From positions 192,001 through 256,000 of the forward strand of contig CAXXDQ010000003.1 in NCBI GenBank assembly GCA_963664325.2: a stretch of 64,000 nt of DNA, given 5' to 3'. Origin of the DNA: Desulfomonilia bacterium (GTDB lineage: Bacteria; Desulfobacterota; Desulfomonilia; UBA1062). Positions 9,265 through 18,414 of this stretch are shown here, one piece after another (position 1 is the first letter of the stretch; each line of letters opens with the position of its first letter). The position numbers and the translations under genes were made by a program. The notes beneath the pieces were generated by a model. The model searched no databases, was not told the origin of the DNA, and saw only the letters and a program-made list of their open reading frames with translations.

Positions 9265-10653
9265 GTGAACATTAAATCCTCGGGATTTAGGCGCTATTTC
9301 AGGCCGTCCATCGCTCGGCGCATGGCCGTTACCCTGACGCTCTTCGGCATTGTTATCGGATACCTGGTTTTTATAATCCTTTTCACCTGGGGCGCAGGCG
9401 ACATCATAAACCTCGTAACAAAAAGGTTCGAAGAAAACATTTATTCGCTTTTCCCGGATAACAGAGGTGACAGTCTTCTTGGCCTCATTGATATAAAAGA
9501 CAAGGGTTCGTTGAGAGCGGTAAACCTGTTTGCCGAATTCTCTTCGGGGATGAATTCCATTGACGACATAAGGCTTTATTACAAGGCATATGGCGTCTGG
9601 TCGGAAATATATATGGGGGATAACGATACCTTCCATACAAAAGACGTCAGGGAACCGGATACCATAAAGAAGCTTGAACAGATCATGACCGGAAAGAAGA
9701 TATCCCTGTCGAAGATAAACTTCGGGTTTTCGGACAGGCTTGAGGTAACGGACAACCTGACAAGACCGGTCGATAAATACAACTATGTGCTTACATACAG
9801 CATTGCAAGGCCGTCGATAATCGCATTTATGAAAAAGAATCCGGGCCAGAACCTCGTGTTCTGCATGCTGCTGCTTCTTTTTTCATATCTTATAGGGCTT
9901 GTATTCGGCAGGGGCATTGTCAGGCCTGTTGAAGAACTTTCCCGCGAGGCCAGAATTATCGCATCAGGCGACTTCGAGCGGGAATTCCATACAAAAAGCA
10001 GGGATGAAATAGGCAAACTTGCAGACTCGCTCAATTCAATGGCCGCAAGCATACGAGCGGCCATGAAGGAGCGGGAAGACCTGATGCTGGGTATCCTGAC
10101 CGCGCTCACCCGTTCAATCGACGCCAAATCGCGCTGGACGGCCGGCCACAGCGAGAGGGTCACAAGGTATACAATGATGATCGGCTGGAGGCTCGGCCTC
10201 AGCGATGAAGTCATGGACAAGCTCATGGTGTCGGCAGTCCTTCATGACATAGGTAAGATAGCCGTACCGGAGGCCATCCTTGACAAGCCTGGGAGGCTTA
10301 CGGAAGAGGAATTTGCGATAATCAAATCTCACCCTTCAACCGGCGCGGGCATAATCAAGGACATTCCATCGTATGATGCCATACTGCCGGGCATACTCTA
10401 TCATCATGAGCGGTGGGACGGCAAAGGCTACCCGGAAGGGCTAAAGGCGGAATCCATCCCGGTCTTTGCAAGGATAATTGCGATTGCCGACGTTTACGAT
10501 GCGGTTACTGAGGATCGTCCCTACAGAAAGGCCATGTCAAAGGATGAGGTAATAGCGTTCATCAAAGGCAATAAAGGCAGGATGTTCGATCCCCATATTG
10601 CGGATGAATTTGTTTCGATAATAAGCGATAAGGATGCAAGTAAAGCTCACTGA
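9265..10653 (+). CDS. Membrane-anchored HAMP + HD-GYP cyclic dinucleotide phosphodiesterase
   Basis: Two TM segments, HAMP (DEIGKLADSLNSM), GHSERV, HDIGK, HHERWDGKGYP, ADVYDA. Confidence 0.9.
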   Translation: MNIKSSGFRRYFRPSIARRMAVTLTLFGIVIGYLVFIILFTWGAGDIINLVTKRFEENIYSLFPDNRGDSLLGLIDIKDKGSLRAVNLFAEFSSGMNSIDDIRLYYKAYGVWSEIYMGDNDTFHTKDVREPDTIKKLEQIMTGKKISLSKINFGFSDRLEVTDNLTRPVDKYNYVLTYSIARPSIIAFMKKNPGQNLVFCMLLLLFSYLIGLVFGRGIVRPVEELSREARIIASGDFEREFHTKSRDEIGKLADSLNSMAASIRAAMKEREDLMLGILTALTRSIDAKSRWTAGHSERVTRYTMMIGWRLGLSDEVMDKLMVSAVLHDIGKIAVPEAILDKPGRLTEEEFAIIKSHPSTGAGIIKDIPSYDAILPGILYHHERWDGKGYPEGLKAESIPVFARIIAIADVYDAVTEDRPYRKAMSKDEVIAFIKGNKGRMFDPHIADEFVSIISDKDASKAH

Positions 10654-10815
10654 AAATTGGTTGCATCTATGCGGAATCAAAGGTAAAAACAGCTCTTTGA
10701 TATTTTACGACACCATGCTATAGCTTTGCTCTCCGTCTGGGTCATTTGCATGGGCTTATGTGCAGTATGTAATGACGGTTGGAAAGTTCATTGAATATAT
10801 TGCTAGGAGATATCC

Positions 10816-13800
10816 ATGGATAAACACAAACTTGAACCGGTAAGGTTCGTAACGGCAGTTGCCCTTTTCGACGGGCATGATGCGTCAATCAATATTATCA
10901 GAAGGATTCTTCAGGATGCGGGCGCCGAAGTCATCCACCTCGGCCATAACAGGGGAGTCAAAGAGGTCGTCCGTGCCGCCATCCAGGAAGGCGCCCATGG
11001 AATTGCGATGAGCTCTTACCAGGGCGGGCATGTAGAGTTTTTCAAGTACATGATCGACCTCCTCAGGGAAAACGGATGCGGATATATAAAGGTTTTCGGA
11101 GGCGGGGGCGGCGTCATCGTCCCTGAGGAAATAGAGGAACTCCAGGCCTATGGAGTCGCAAAAATTTATTCCCCGCTTGACGGCAAGAAGATGGGCCTTA
11201 GGGGAATGATCGACCACATGATATCTGTTGCCCGAGATGTGCGGATTCCGGATGTCAGGGGCGACATGGCATCATTGAAGAACAGGGACCAGGCCCTGAT
11301 CGGCCGTCTGATAAGCATGGCGGAGGCGAATATCATGGGTTTCAGCACCCGGTATGAAGAGATCAGGTCCGAAATAAAGCCTGTCCAGGGCATACCCGTT
11401 GTAGGCATTACAGGAACAGGCGGATCCGGCAAGAGCTCCTTCATCGACGAGATGGTCCGCAGGTTCATCGAATTTTATCCTGACAAGACCATTGCGATAA
11501 TCTCAGTTGACCCGTCGCGTTCAAAGAGCGGCGGCGCCCTGCTCGGAGACCGGATCCGCATGAATTCAATCGAAAATGACAGGGTGTACATGCGCTCGAT
11601 GGCAACAAGGCTTTCAAAGGACGAACTGTCCATAGCCATCCACGACGCCATCGATATAGTAAAGGCCGCGGGCTATGACCTGGTGCTGGTTGAAACCAGC
11701 GGCATCGGCCAGGGCGATGCCGCCGTCTCAAAGATCAGCAACTGTTCGATATATGTAATGACAAGCGAATACGGTGCGCCTTCGCAGCTGGAGAAGATCG
11801 ACATGCTCGACTATGCGGACATGGTGGTGCTGAACAAGTTCGAACAGCAGAAGGCCCTTGATGCTCTCAGGGATGTGAGAAAGCAGTATATGCGCAACCA
11901 CGACCTCTTTGAAAAGGCAGAGGATGACATGCCCGTTTTCGGTACGGTCGCGAGCAGGTATGATGACAGGGGCTCGGACAGGGCCTTTGCCTTTCTGATG
12001 AAGCTTGTGGCCGAAAAAGGCGGCGTCGACTGGAACCTCCCCCCCATGCCGGAAGAGATAAAGGAAAAACCTAAACCCGGAATCGTTGCGCCGGAAAGGG
12101 AGCAGTATCTGAGGGAAATTGCCGGGGCCGTCAGGTCATACCACAAACATACGGATGAGGCCTCGGACGATATCAGAAAGTATGCAGTGCTCAAAGACCT
12201 GAGCCGTGATGAGACCGGAACCGACAAGAACCATCTTGCCGGAGTGCTGCAGAAGGTGGAAGCTCATATCCAGCAGGAAGATAAAAAGCTGCTCAGGGAG
12301 TGGGAAACAGTATCAAAACATTATACCGGAAAAAGTTACAGCTATTCCGTCAGGGGCAAGGAAATTAAGGTTCCCCTTAAGAACGCAACTCTTTCCGGCC
12401 TTGAAGTGCCCAGGGTCGCCCTGCCCGATTACAGGGACAAGGGTGAGATATACAGGTGGGTCAGGAAGGAAAACGTCCCGGGCTCATTCCCGTACACGTC
12501 GGGAGTCTTTCCGTTCAAGCGCGACTGGGAAGACCCGAAGAGGCAGTTCGCGGGTGAAGGGACACCCGAGCGCACCAACAGAAGATTCCATTACCTGTGC
12601 AGGAACGATGATGCGAAGAGGCTTTCAACCGCCTTCGACAGCGTGACGCTCTACGGGGAAGACCCTGACGAAAGGCCTGACATCTTTGGAAAAATCGGCG
12701 AGAGCGGGGTCAGCATATGCACGTTCGAAGATATGAAAAAACTCTATGCCGGATTCGACCTGTGCTCCCCCCTGACAAGCGTTTCAATGACCATCAACGG
12801 GCCGGCCCCGATCATGGCGGCATTTTTCTTCAATACGGCCATAGACCAGCAGATGGAGAAGTTCGAAAAGGAAAACGGCCGCAAACCCGGCAGGGAAGAG
12901 CTGGCCAATCTGAAAAAATGGGTCATGTCGAATGTCAGGGGCACCGTTCAGGCTGACATTCTCAAGGAGGACCAGGGCCAGAATACCTGTATATTTTCAA
13001 CGGAGTTTGCCCTTAAGATGATGGGGGACATACAGCAGTTCTTCATCGACAACGACGTCAACAACTTCTACTCGGTGAGCATCAGCGGCTACCATATAGC
13101 CGAGGCCGGGGCCAACCCAGTCAGCCAGCTGGCCTTCACGCTGGCAAACGGCTTCACCTATGTCGAGTATTACATGTCCCGCGGCATGGACGTGACCGAA
13201 TTCGCCAAGAACTTCTCGTTCTTTTTCTCGAGCGGCATGGATGCCGAATACAGCGTCCTCGGAAGGGTGGCCCGCAGGATATGGGCCATAGCCATGAGGG
13301 ACCTGTACAAGGGCGACGAAAGGGCGCAGAAGCTAAAGTACCATATACAGACCTCGGGCCGGTCTCTGCACAGCATGGAGATACAGTTCAATGATATAAG
13401 GACCACGCTCCAGGCCCTTACCGCGCTGAACGACAACTGCAACTCCCTGCACACGAACGCCTATGACGAGGCGATCACGACGCCGACCGAGGAATCAGTC
13501 CGCCGCGCAATGGCCATCCAGCTCATCATAAACCGTGAATTCGGGCCGTCCCGGAACGAGAACCAGGCGCAGGGCTCATTCTTCCTCGAATGGCTTACCG
13601 ACGCTGTCGAAGAGGCAGTGCTGCAGGAGTTCGAGCGGATCAGCGAGAGAAAAGGCGTGCTGGGTGCAATGGAAGTCCATTACCAGAGGGCCAAGATCCA
13701 GCAGGAATCGCTCAATTATGAGCATCTGAAACACAACGGCAAGCTGCCCCTGATCGGTGTGAACACTTTCGAGAACCCCGAAAACGAGGGGCAGGAAGAC

Positions 13801-14049
13801 AGGCCGGGCGCATGCGTAGCGCTGACCCGGGCGACGAATGAGGAGAAAATGGCGCAGCTCAACAACCTCAGGGCCTTCCAGAAAAAGCACAAGCAGAAGG
13901 CGCCCCAGGCGCTGAAGCGTCTCAAGGAAGTCGCGCTTTCAGGCGGCAATATATTCGAGGAACTCATGGAGACCGTGCGCGTCGCCAGTCTGGGCCAGAT
14001 AACAGGTGCGTTATATGAGATCGGAGGCCGATACAGGAGGAACATGTGA
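10816..14049 (+). CDS. icmF: Fused isobutyryl-CoA mutase/MeaB-like GTPase IcmF
   Basis: N-terminal B12 domain (DGHDASIN), P-loop GTGGSGKSS and NKFE, C-terminal mutase barrel with RQFAGEG and ISGYHIAEAG; 1077 aa. Confidence 0.93.
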   Translation: MDKHKLEPVRFVTAVALFDGHDASINIIRRILQDAGAEVIHLGHNRGVKEVVRAAIQEGAHGIAMSSYQGGHVEFFKYMIDLLRENGCGYIKVFGGGGGVIVPEEIEELQAYGVAKIYSPLDGKKMGLRGMIDHMISVARDVRIPDVRGDMASLKNRDQALIGRLISMAEANIMGFSTRYEEIRSEIKPVQGIPVVGITGTGGSGKSSFIDEMVRRFIEFYPDKTIAIISVDPSRSKSGGALLGDRIRMNSIENDRVYMRSMATRLSKDELSIAIHDAIDIVKAAGYDLVLVETSGIGQGDAAVSKISNCSIYVMTSEYGAPSQLEKIDMLDYADMVVLNKFEQQKALDALRDVRKQYMRNHDLFEKAEDDMPVFGTVASRYDDRGSDRAFAFLMKLVAEKGGVDWNLPPMPEEIKEKPKPGIVAPEREQYLREIAGAVRSYHKHTDEASDDIRKYAVLKDLSRDETGTDKNHLAGVLQKVEAHIQQEDKKLLREWETVSKHYTGKSYSYSVRGKEIKVPLKNATLSGLEVPRVALPDYRDKGEIYRWVRKENVPGSFPYTSGVFPFKRDWEDPKRQFAGEGTPERTNRRFHYLCRNDDAKRLSTAFDSVTLYGEDPDERPDIFGKIGESGVSICTFEDMKKLYAGFDLCSPLTSVSMTINGPAPIMAAFFFNTAIDQQMEKFEKENGRKPGREELANLKKWVMSNVRGTVQADILKEDQGQNTCIFSTEFALKMMGDIQQFFIDNDVNNFYSVSISGYHIAEAGANPVSQLAFTLANGFTYVEYYMSRGMDVTEFAKNFSFFFSSGMDAEYSVLGRVARRIWAIAMRDLYKGDERAQKLKYHIQTSGRSLHSMEIQFNDIRTTLQALTALNDNCNSLHTNAYDEAITTPTEESVRRAMAIQLIINREFGPSRNENQAQGSFFLEWLTDAVEEAVLQEFERISERKGVLGAMEVHYQRAKIQQESLNYEHLKHNGKLPLIGVNTFENPENEGQEDRPGACVALTRATNEEKMAQLNNLRAFQKKHKQKAPQALKRLKEVALSGGNIFEELMETVRVASLGQITGALYEIGGRYRRNM

Positions 14050-14579
14050 GCCGCATCGGTAAAGGCTATGTCCAGATTTACACAGGAAACGGCAAGGGAA
14101 AGACGACGGCGGCGCTTGGGCTCGCTTTGCGCGCGGCAGGACATGGCCTGAAAACCATAATCGTGCAGTTCATGAAAGGTCAGCATTACGGCGAACTTGA
14201 AAGCGCCAAGATGCTTGGCGGCCTTGTAACAATCGAGCAGTTCGGCCACCCCCAGTTCTGCAAACTTACCGACCCGCCCGATGCGGCCGATGTCAGGAGG
14301 GCGCAGGCTGCACTCATGCGTATCCGCGAGATTATTTCAGAAAAGGCCTGCGATGTGCTTGTCATCGATGAGGCGACAACCGCCGTCATGTTCAACCTGA
14401 TCAGGGAAAGCGACCTGCTTGAGCTTGTCAAAGACAGGCCCTCGGGAATGGAACTGGTTCTGACCGGACGCGCTGCGACGCCCGCCCTTATCGAAGCCGC
14501 TGACCTGGTCAGCGAGATGAAGGACATAAAGCACTATTATAACAAGGGCGTGCAGGCGAGGAAGGGCATCGAAAGCTGA
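14046..14579 (+). CDS. cobO: Cob(I)alamin adenosyltransferase CobO/BtuR
   Basis: YTGNGKGKTTAALG, QFMKG, LTGR and ARKGIE motifs; overlaps the icmF stop. Confidence 0.93.
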   Translation: MSRIGKGYVQIYTGNGKGKTTAALGLALRAAGHGLKTIIVQFMKGQHYGELESAKMLGGLVTIEQFGHPQFCKLTDPPDAADVRRAQAALMRIREIISEKACDVLVIDEATTAVMFNLIRESDLLELVKDRPSGMELVLTGRAATPALIEAADLVSEMKDIKHYYNKGVQARKGIES

Positions 14580-14583
14580 TGTT

Positions 14584-14778
14584 TTCCATTCCGCATTCAA
14601 GCGCTTCCATTGATTCGGGCCATTGACGGCCCTCACCCTCCGGGCGCACCTTTGATGCGTCAATTTTCGTGAAGCGAAAATTTGTCGGCTGCGTCGGAAT
14701 GCTCCTCGACATACGGTAATGTATGCCTGCGTCGCTTCCTCCTTGCCTCCTTGGTATCATCTTGAATGCGAAACGGAA
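14584..14778. mobile_element. MITE-like palindromic element (complete copy) with 18-bp imperfect terminal inverted repeats
   Basis: Left end ttccattccgcattcaag (14584-14601) vs right end cttgaatgcgaaacggaa (14761-14778), 2 mismatches; internal parts repeated at 14949-15230. Confidence 0.65.
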
Positions 14779-14948
14779 CAAAACAAGGCGCGTTATAACT
14801 TCACATACCTTTGTCGCTCCTTGATTCGTCGCTGCAATATTGGGATCACGAACTTCCTGTTTGGCTCCTCAAGCCGAGCAAAGCGAAGGCGAAGAGACAT
14901 ACCTTGAAAGTATGTTTCACTCCTCATCTTCGTCACTTCGCGGTCTGT

Positions 14949-15025
14949 ATTGATTCGGGTTATTGATGGCCCTCACCCTTCGGGCGCATCTTTGATGCGT
15001 CAATTTTCGTGAAGCGAAAATTTGT
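14949..15025. repeat. Second copy of ~77-bp palindromic module A
   Basis: Near-identical to 14609-14685 (attgattcggg...ccctcaccct(c/t)cgggcgca...aattttcgtgaagcgaaaatttgt). Confidence 0.85.
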
Positions 15026-15063
15026 TCTAACGCTCTGCATGTTTTGATGACAATTATCTGCAT

Positions 15064-15230
15064 TATTTCGGTCTATAATGGCTCTTAACCTTCGGGCGCA
15101 TCTTCGATGAGTTAATTTTCGTGAAGCGAAAATTTGTCGGCTGCGTCGGAATGCTCCTCAACATACGGTAATGTATGCCTGCGTCGCTACCTCCTGGCCT
15201 CCTCTGCATCATCTTGAATGCGAAACGGAA
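15064..15230. repeat. Third module A plus second copy of module B and right terminal repeat
   Basis: 15139-15230 closely matches 14687-14778 and ends in cttgaatgcgaaacggaa. Confidence 0.85.
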
Positions 15231-15420
15231 GATGTATATTCCCACATCCTTTTCCCTTCATTAATGATTCTTTGTTATTAATAAAATATTGATGCAGACC
15301 TTAAATGAAGAATTGAAATCGTGATTTGAAAATCAAACGAATTACGCAACATGCATATTAATTGTCAGGCGGATGTTCCGTACAGGATGAAGGATCAAAC
15401 AACTCAAATAAGGGAGCGAA

Positions 15421-16029
15421 ATGGGATATATACTGCGGCTGGAAAATGAACATGATTACAGAGAGACGGAAAACATAACACGCGAAGCATTCTGGGATGT
15501 GTATAAACCCGGATGCAATGAACACCTGCTCGTGCACAAGCTGAGAGCGGCTGGCGCTTTTGTAAAAGAGCTTGATTTTGTCGTCTGTTACGGTTCAAAA
15601 ATCATCGGGAACATCATGTGCTCCAGGGCCAAGGTTATTGATAAGGATAACAATCAATTCGAGGTCCTGTGTCTTGGTCCTGTAACTGTGCTGCCCGAGT
15701 ATCAAAAAAAGGGGATAGGCAGGCTCCTGATCGAAGGGACCATAAAAGAGGCCCGGAGATTAAACTTCAAGGGCATTTTCCTGATGGGGAATCCTGCTTT
15801 CTATACAAGGTTCGGATTTAAAAATGCGAAGGTGTTCGGAATTCAGACCTCGGAAGGCGGGAACTTTGATTACTTTATGGGGCTTGAGCTTAAGGAGAAC
15901 AGCCTTAAAGGCATAACGGGCAGGTTCCATGAAGATGCAGTATTTCAAGTGCCGGAAGACGAATTGGAGGAGTTCGAGAAGGAGTTTCCCAAAAGAGAAA
16001 AGCATGTGACTGATACGCAGTTGAAATGA
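15421..16029 (+). CDS. GNAT family N-acetyltransferase (YhbS/YjhQ-like)
   Basis: TREAFW...EHLLVHKLR, LGPVTVLPEYQKKGIG and GNPAFYTRFGF motifs. Confidence 0.9.
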   Translation: MGYILRLENEHDYRETENITREAFWDVYKPGCNEHLLVHKLRAAGAFVKELDFVVCYGSKIIGNIMCSRAKVIDKDNNQFEVLCLGPVTVLPEYQKKGIGRLLIEGTIKEARRLNFKGIFLMGNPAFYTRFGFKNAKVFGIQTSEGGNFDYFMGLELKENSLKGITGRFHEDAVFQVPEDELEEFEKEFPKREKHVTDTQLK

Positions 16030-16051
16030 GAAGAAGAAACCCGGCAATTCC

Positions 16052-16076
16052 TTCCCATTCGCATTCAAGTGCTTCC
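16052..16076. repeat. Isolated left terminal repeat of the MITE-like element
   Basis: ttcccattcgcattcaagtgcttcc resembles 14584-14608 ttccattccgcattcaagcgcttcc. Confidence 0.6.
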
Positions 16077-16163
16077 TTAAGCTGTTCCGCTGTGGTAGCA
16101 GCGGATGATCAACACGTCAGGCAGTGACTGAACCTATTCACACCCGAAAGGAGATTTGTTGAA

Positions 16164-16910
16164 ATGGACATTCCACGGATATTCAACATTACCGAAAGTG
16201 CTCACCGCATCCATAACCCGTTCACACCCGAAAAGCTCGCCACTTTAGGCGCTGCGCTGCGTATGGAATCGGGAACCCGGGTGCTCGACCTCGGCAGCGG
16301 TTCGGGGGAGATGCTGTGCTCCTGGGCGCGTGATCACGGCATTATCGGCACCGGCATCGACATGAGCCGGCTGTTCACAGAGCAGGCAAAACTCCGGGCT
16401 GTTGAACTCGGCGTCGCCGATAGAGTCAAGTTCATCCATGATGATGCCGCAGGCTTTGTCTCTGACGACAAGGTTGGCGTGGCGGCCTGTGTCGGCGCAA
16501 CCTGGATCGGCGGGGGAGTCGCCGGCACTATCGAGCTTCTGGCGAGGAGCCTCATCACCGGAGGGATAATCCTCATCGGCGAGCCCTACTGGCGGCAGAT
16601 GCCGCCGACAGAAGATATTGCCAAGGGGTGTCTTGCCCACTCGATCTCCGATTTTCTCATGCTTCCTGAACTTATCGCGTCTTTCGGCCACCTCGGCTAC
16701 GACGTCATTGAAATGGTTCTGGCTGACCAGGACGGCTGGGACAGGTATGAAGCGGCCAAATGGCTCACCATGCGAAGGTGGCTTGAAGCCAATCCAGGCG
16801 ACGAACTCGTAAAAGAAGTTCGAACCCAACTGACCTCGGAACCCGTGCGCTACGCCACTTACACGCGTGAATACCAGGGCTGGGGTGTGTTTGCACTGAT
16901 GTCGCGGTGA
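16164..16910 (+). CDS. yjhP: Class I SAM-dependent methyltransferase, YjhP-like
   Basis: MDIPRIF...HRIHNPFT, LDLGSGSGEML, ACVGATWI, WDRYEAAKWLTMRRWLEANP and GWGVFAL, recalled as close to E. coli YjhP. Confidence 0.85.
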   Translation: MDIPRIFNITESAHRIHNPFTPEKLATLGAALRMESGTRVLDLGSGSGEMLCSWARDHGIIGTGIDMSRLFTEQAKLRAVELGVADRVKFIHDDAAGFVSDDKVGVAACVGATWIGGGVAGTIELLARSLITGGIILIGEPYWRQMPPTEDIAKGCLAHSISDFLMLPELIASFGHLGYDVIEMVLADQDGWDRYEAAKWLTMRRWLEANPGDELVKEVRTQLTSEPVRYATYTREYQGWGVFALMSR

Positions 16911-16953
16911 TGAGGAAAACTTAAGGGATCAGTCCGCAACAATTGACATAACG

Positions 16954-16984
16954 CAGGGTGAAGGTTTCCGGATCCTTCACCCTG
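16954..16984. terminator. Hairpin between convergent genes
   Basis: cagggtgaagg ... ccttcaccctg 11-bp stem. Confidence 0.6.
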
Positions 16985-16988
16985 ATTC

Positions 16989-17549
16989 CTAGAACAAATA
17001 TTTCAAATAAAGCGAGGCGGATGTTCCGCCGAAGTCGACATTTTGATCCCAGTCATTGGACTTGAGTTTTGCCTGGGAATATTTTCCCTCGACGCCCAGG
17101 GCCAGGCTATCGATGATCCTGTATCCGGCCCCTAATATCGCATGCCAGCCGATACCTGTGCCGCTGGTCTTCATACTGCTGTAATCCAGTTTGCCCCAGT
17201 AATATCCGGCTCCTCCCCCTATGTAAATTTCCATCTTGTCCACAGGGTGGATCTTGCCTTTGATTGTTGCAAAGGCCCCGTAACAGGTCGCCGTGTAGTC
17301 GGATATATCTTTATATTTAGTGTCATAATATGTTCCGCCGAGTTCTGCAGAGAAGTTTCTGCCGAAGTTTCTGCCGTAATCGACTTCGTAAACCAGGGCC
17401 TGTTTGAAATCCTTCAGTCCGTTTGATGATGAATTGGGCCAGAACCAGCCGGCCTTGAGATTGATATAATCGTCAGGTTCCGCGGCAATGACCAGTCCCG
17501 GTATTGACAGAATTATTGCCATTGATATGACGGTGAGCAGCTTTCTCAT
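16989..17549 (-). CDS. Small outer-membrane beta-barrel protein (OmpW/porin-like)
   Basis: Signal peptide, alternating beta-strand pattern, YIGGGAGY, C-terminal LKYLF. Confidence 0.8.
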   Translation of the reverse strand: MRKLLTVISMAIILSIPGLVIAAEPDDYINLKAGWFWPNSSSNGLKDFKQALVYEVDYGRNFGRNFSAELGGTYYDTKYKDISDYTATCYGAFATIKGKIHPVDKMEIYIGGGAGYYWGKLDYSSMKTSGTGIGWHAILGAGYRIIDSLALGVEGKYSQAKLKSNDWDQNVDFGGTSASLYLKYLF

Positions 17550-17812
17550 GCATCCCTCTCATTTAATGTTTTGAACAAAGTATAAATGTTTTAGCCTCAC
17601 GGTCAAGAACAGTTTGTTTTCTTGTATCGGACTTAAAGAAAATCCCGGAGGTTTTCGATAAAATTAATGGTAATTTAAAGAACATTTGGGTTGAGAAGGA
17701 AGCTGAAAAGGAGTAATCAGCATATCAAACATTATTGGATTCATGCGGCTTTAGTTGGTAACTGCTCCTGTTTTCAGGCTTCATCCAAAGATAGATCGGA
17801 CGAGGAGGATAA

Positions 17813-18385
17813 ATGGAAATGATAATAAAGGGTATGCGAGGTTTTGTCATGGCGGTAATACTGACGACCCTTATGCTTCTTGCCGGTACCAGTTCATATT
17901 CTGCCGATCTCCAGGCTCCATCCGGCGATTTAAGTTTGCCGAAACCGAACAATTCATTGCCTGACGGTACTGATGTTCCTCAAGATAACGCGATTACGAG
18001 CATAAAGAAGGCCCTTCCCCCTGTTCCCTACGCGAATGAAGGATATGCCGTTTTATTCCCCACATATTTAGGCATGATGGTAGGCGGATTAGTGGGCCTG
18101 CCTCTGGGAATGGCGTTTGTATTGCCGGCAGGTATCGTGGGATACGGCGTTTTCCCGATCATCCTGTATGAAACCGGGAAAGACCCCGAGAAAGACAACC
18201 CCGTACCGATAGGTGACGACCTGGCGGTAATGAGCAGCAAGCCGGTCGTGTGGCTTGCATACGGTACGGGCTATATTGTCGGCTTCCCGTTTCTCGCAGT
18301 GAAAAAGATCGTTTATGACCTTCCCAAAAGCCTGTTCTATGATCCGTTCCATAAAGATAAGCAGGCCGCTCAGGTAAAAGAATAA
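17813..18385 (+). CDS. Hypothetical exported/membrane protein
   Basis: GAGGAGG RBS, signal peptide, Gly-rich hydrophobic segments. Confidence 0.65.
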   Translation: MEMIIKGMRGFVMAVILTTLMLLAGTSSYSADLQAPSGDLSLPKPNNSLPDGTDVPQDNAITSIKKALPPVPYANEGYAVLFPTYLGMMVGGLVGLPLGMAFVLPAGIVGYGVFPIILYETGKDPEKDNPVPIGDDLAVMSSKPVVWLAYGTGYIVGFPFLAVKKIVYDLPKSLFYDPFHKDKQAAQVKE

Positions 18386-18414
18386 GATAATGGCGCTGTA
18401 TTGCAGGGCTGATC

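Noticed and set aside
10660-10815. Cobalamin riboswitch expected before icmF (also checked before the corrinoid gene and the TBDR)
   Set aside because: No B12-box or GGGAA...GCCACTG-type core was found by eye.
14584-15230. Possible CRISPR array or integron attC sites
   Set aside because: Repeat units are about 77-195 bp, irregularly spaced, without uniform spacers; no cas or intI gene is present.
14509-15245. Short ORFs 14509-14781 (-), 14719-14907 (+) and 15063-15245 (-), two of them with similar translations
   Set aside because: They are translations of the repeated MITE-like modules; the similarity is explained by the DNA repeat.
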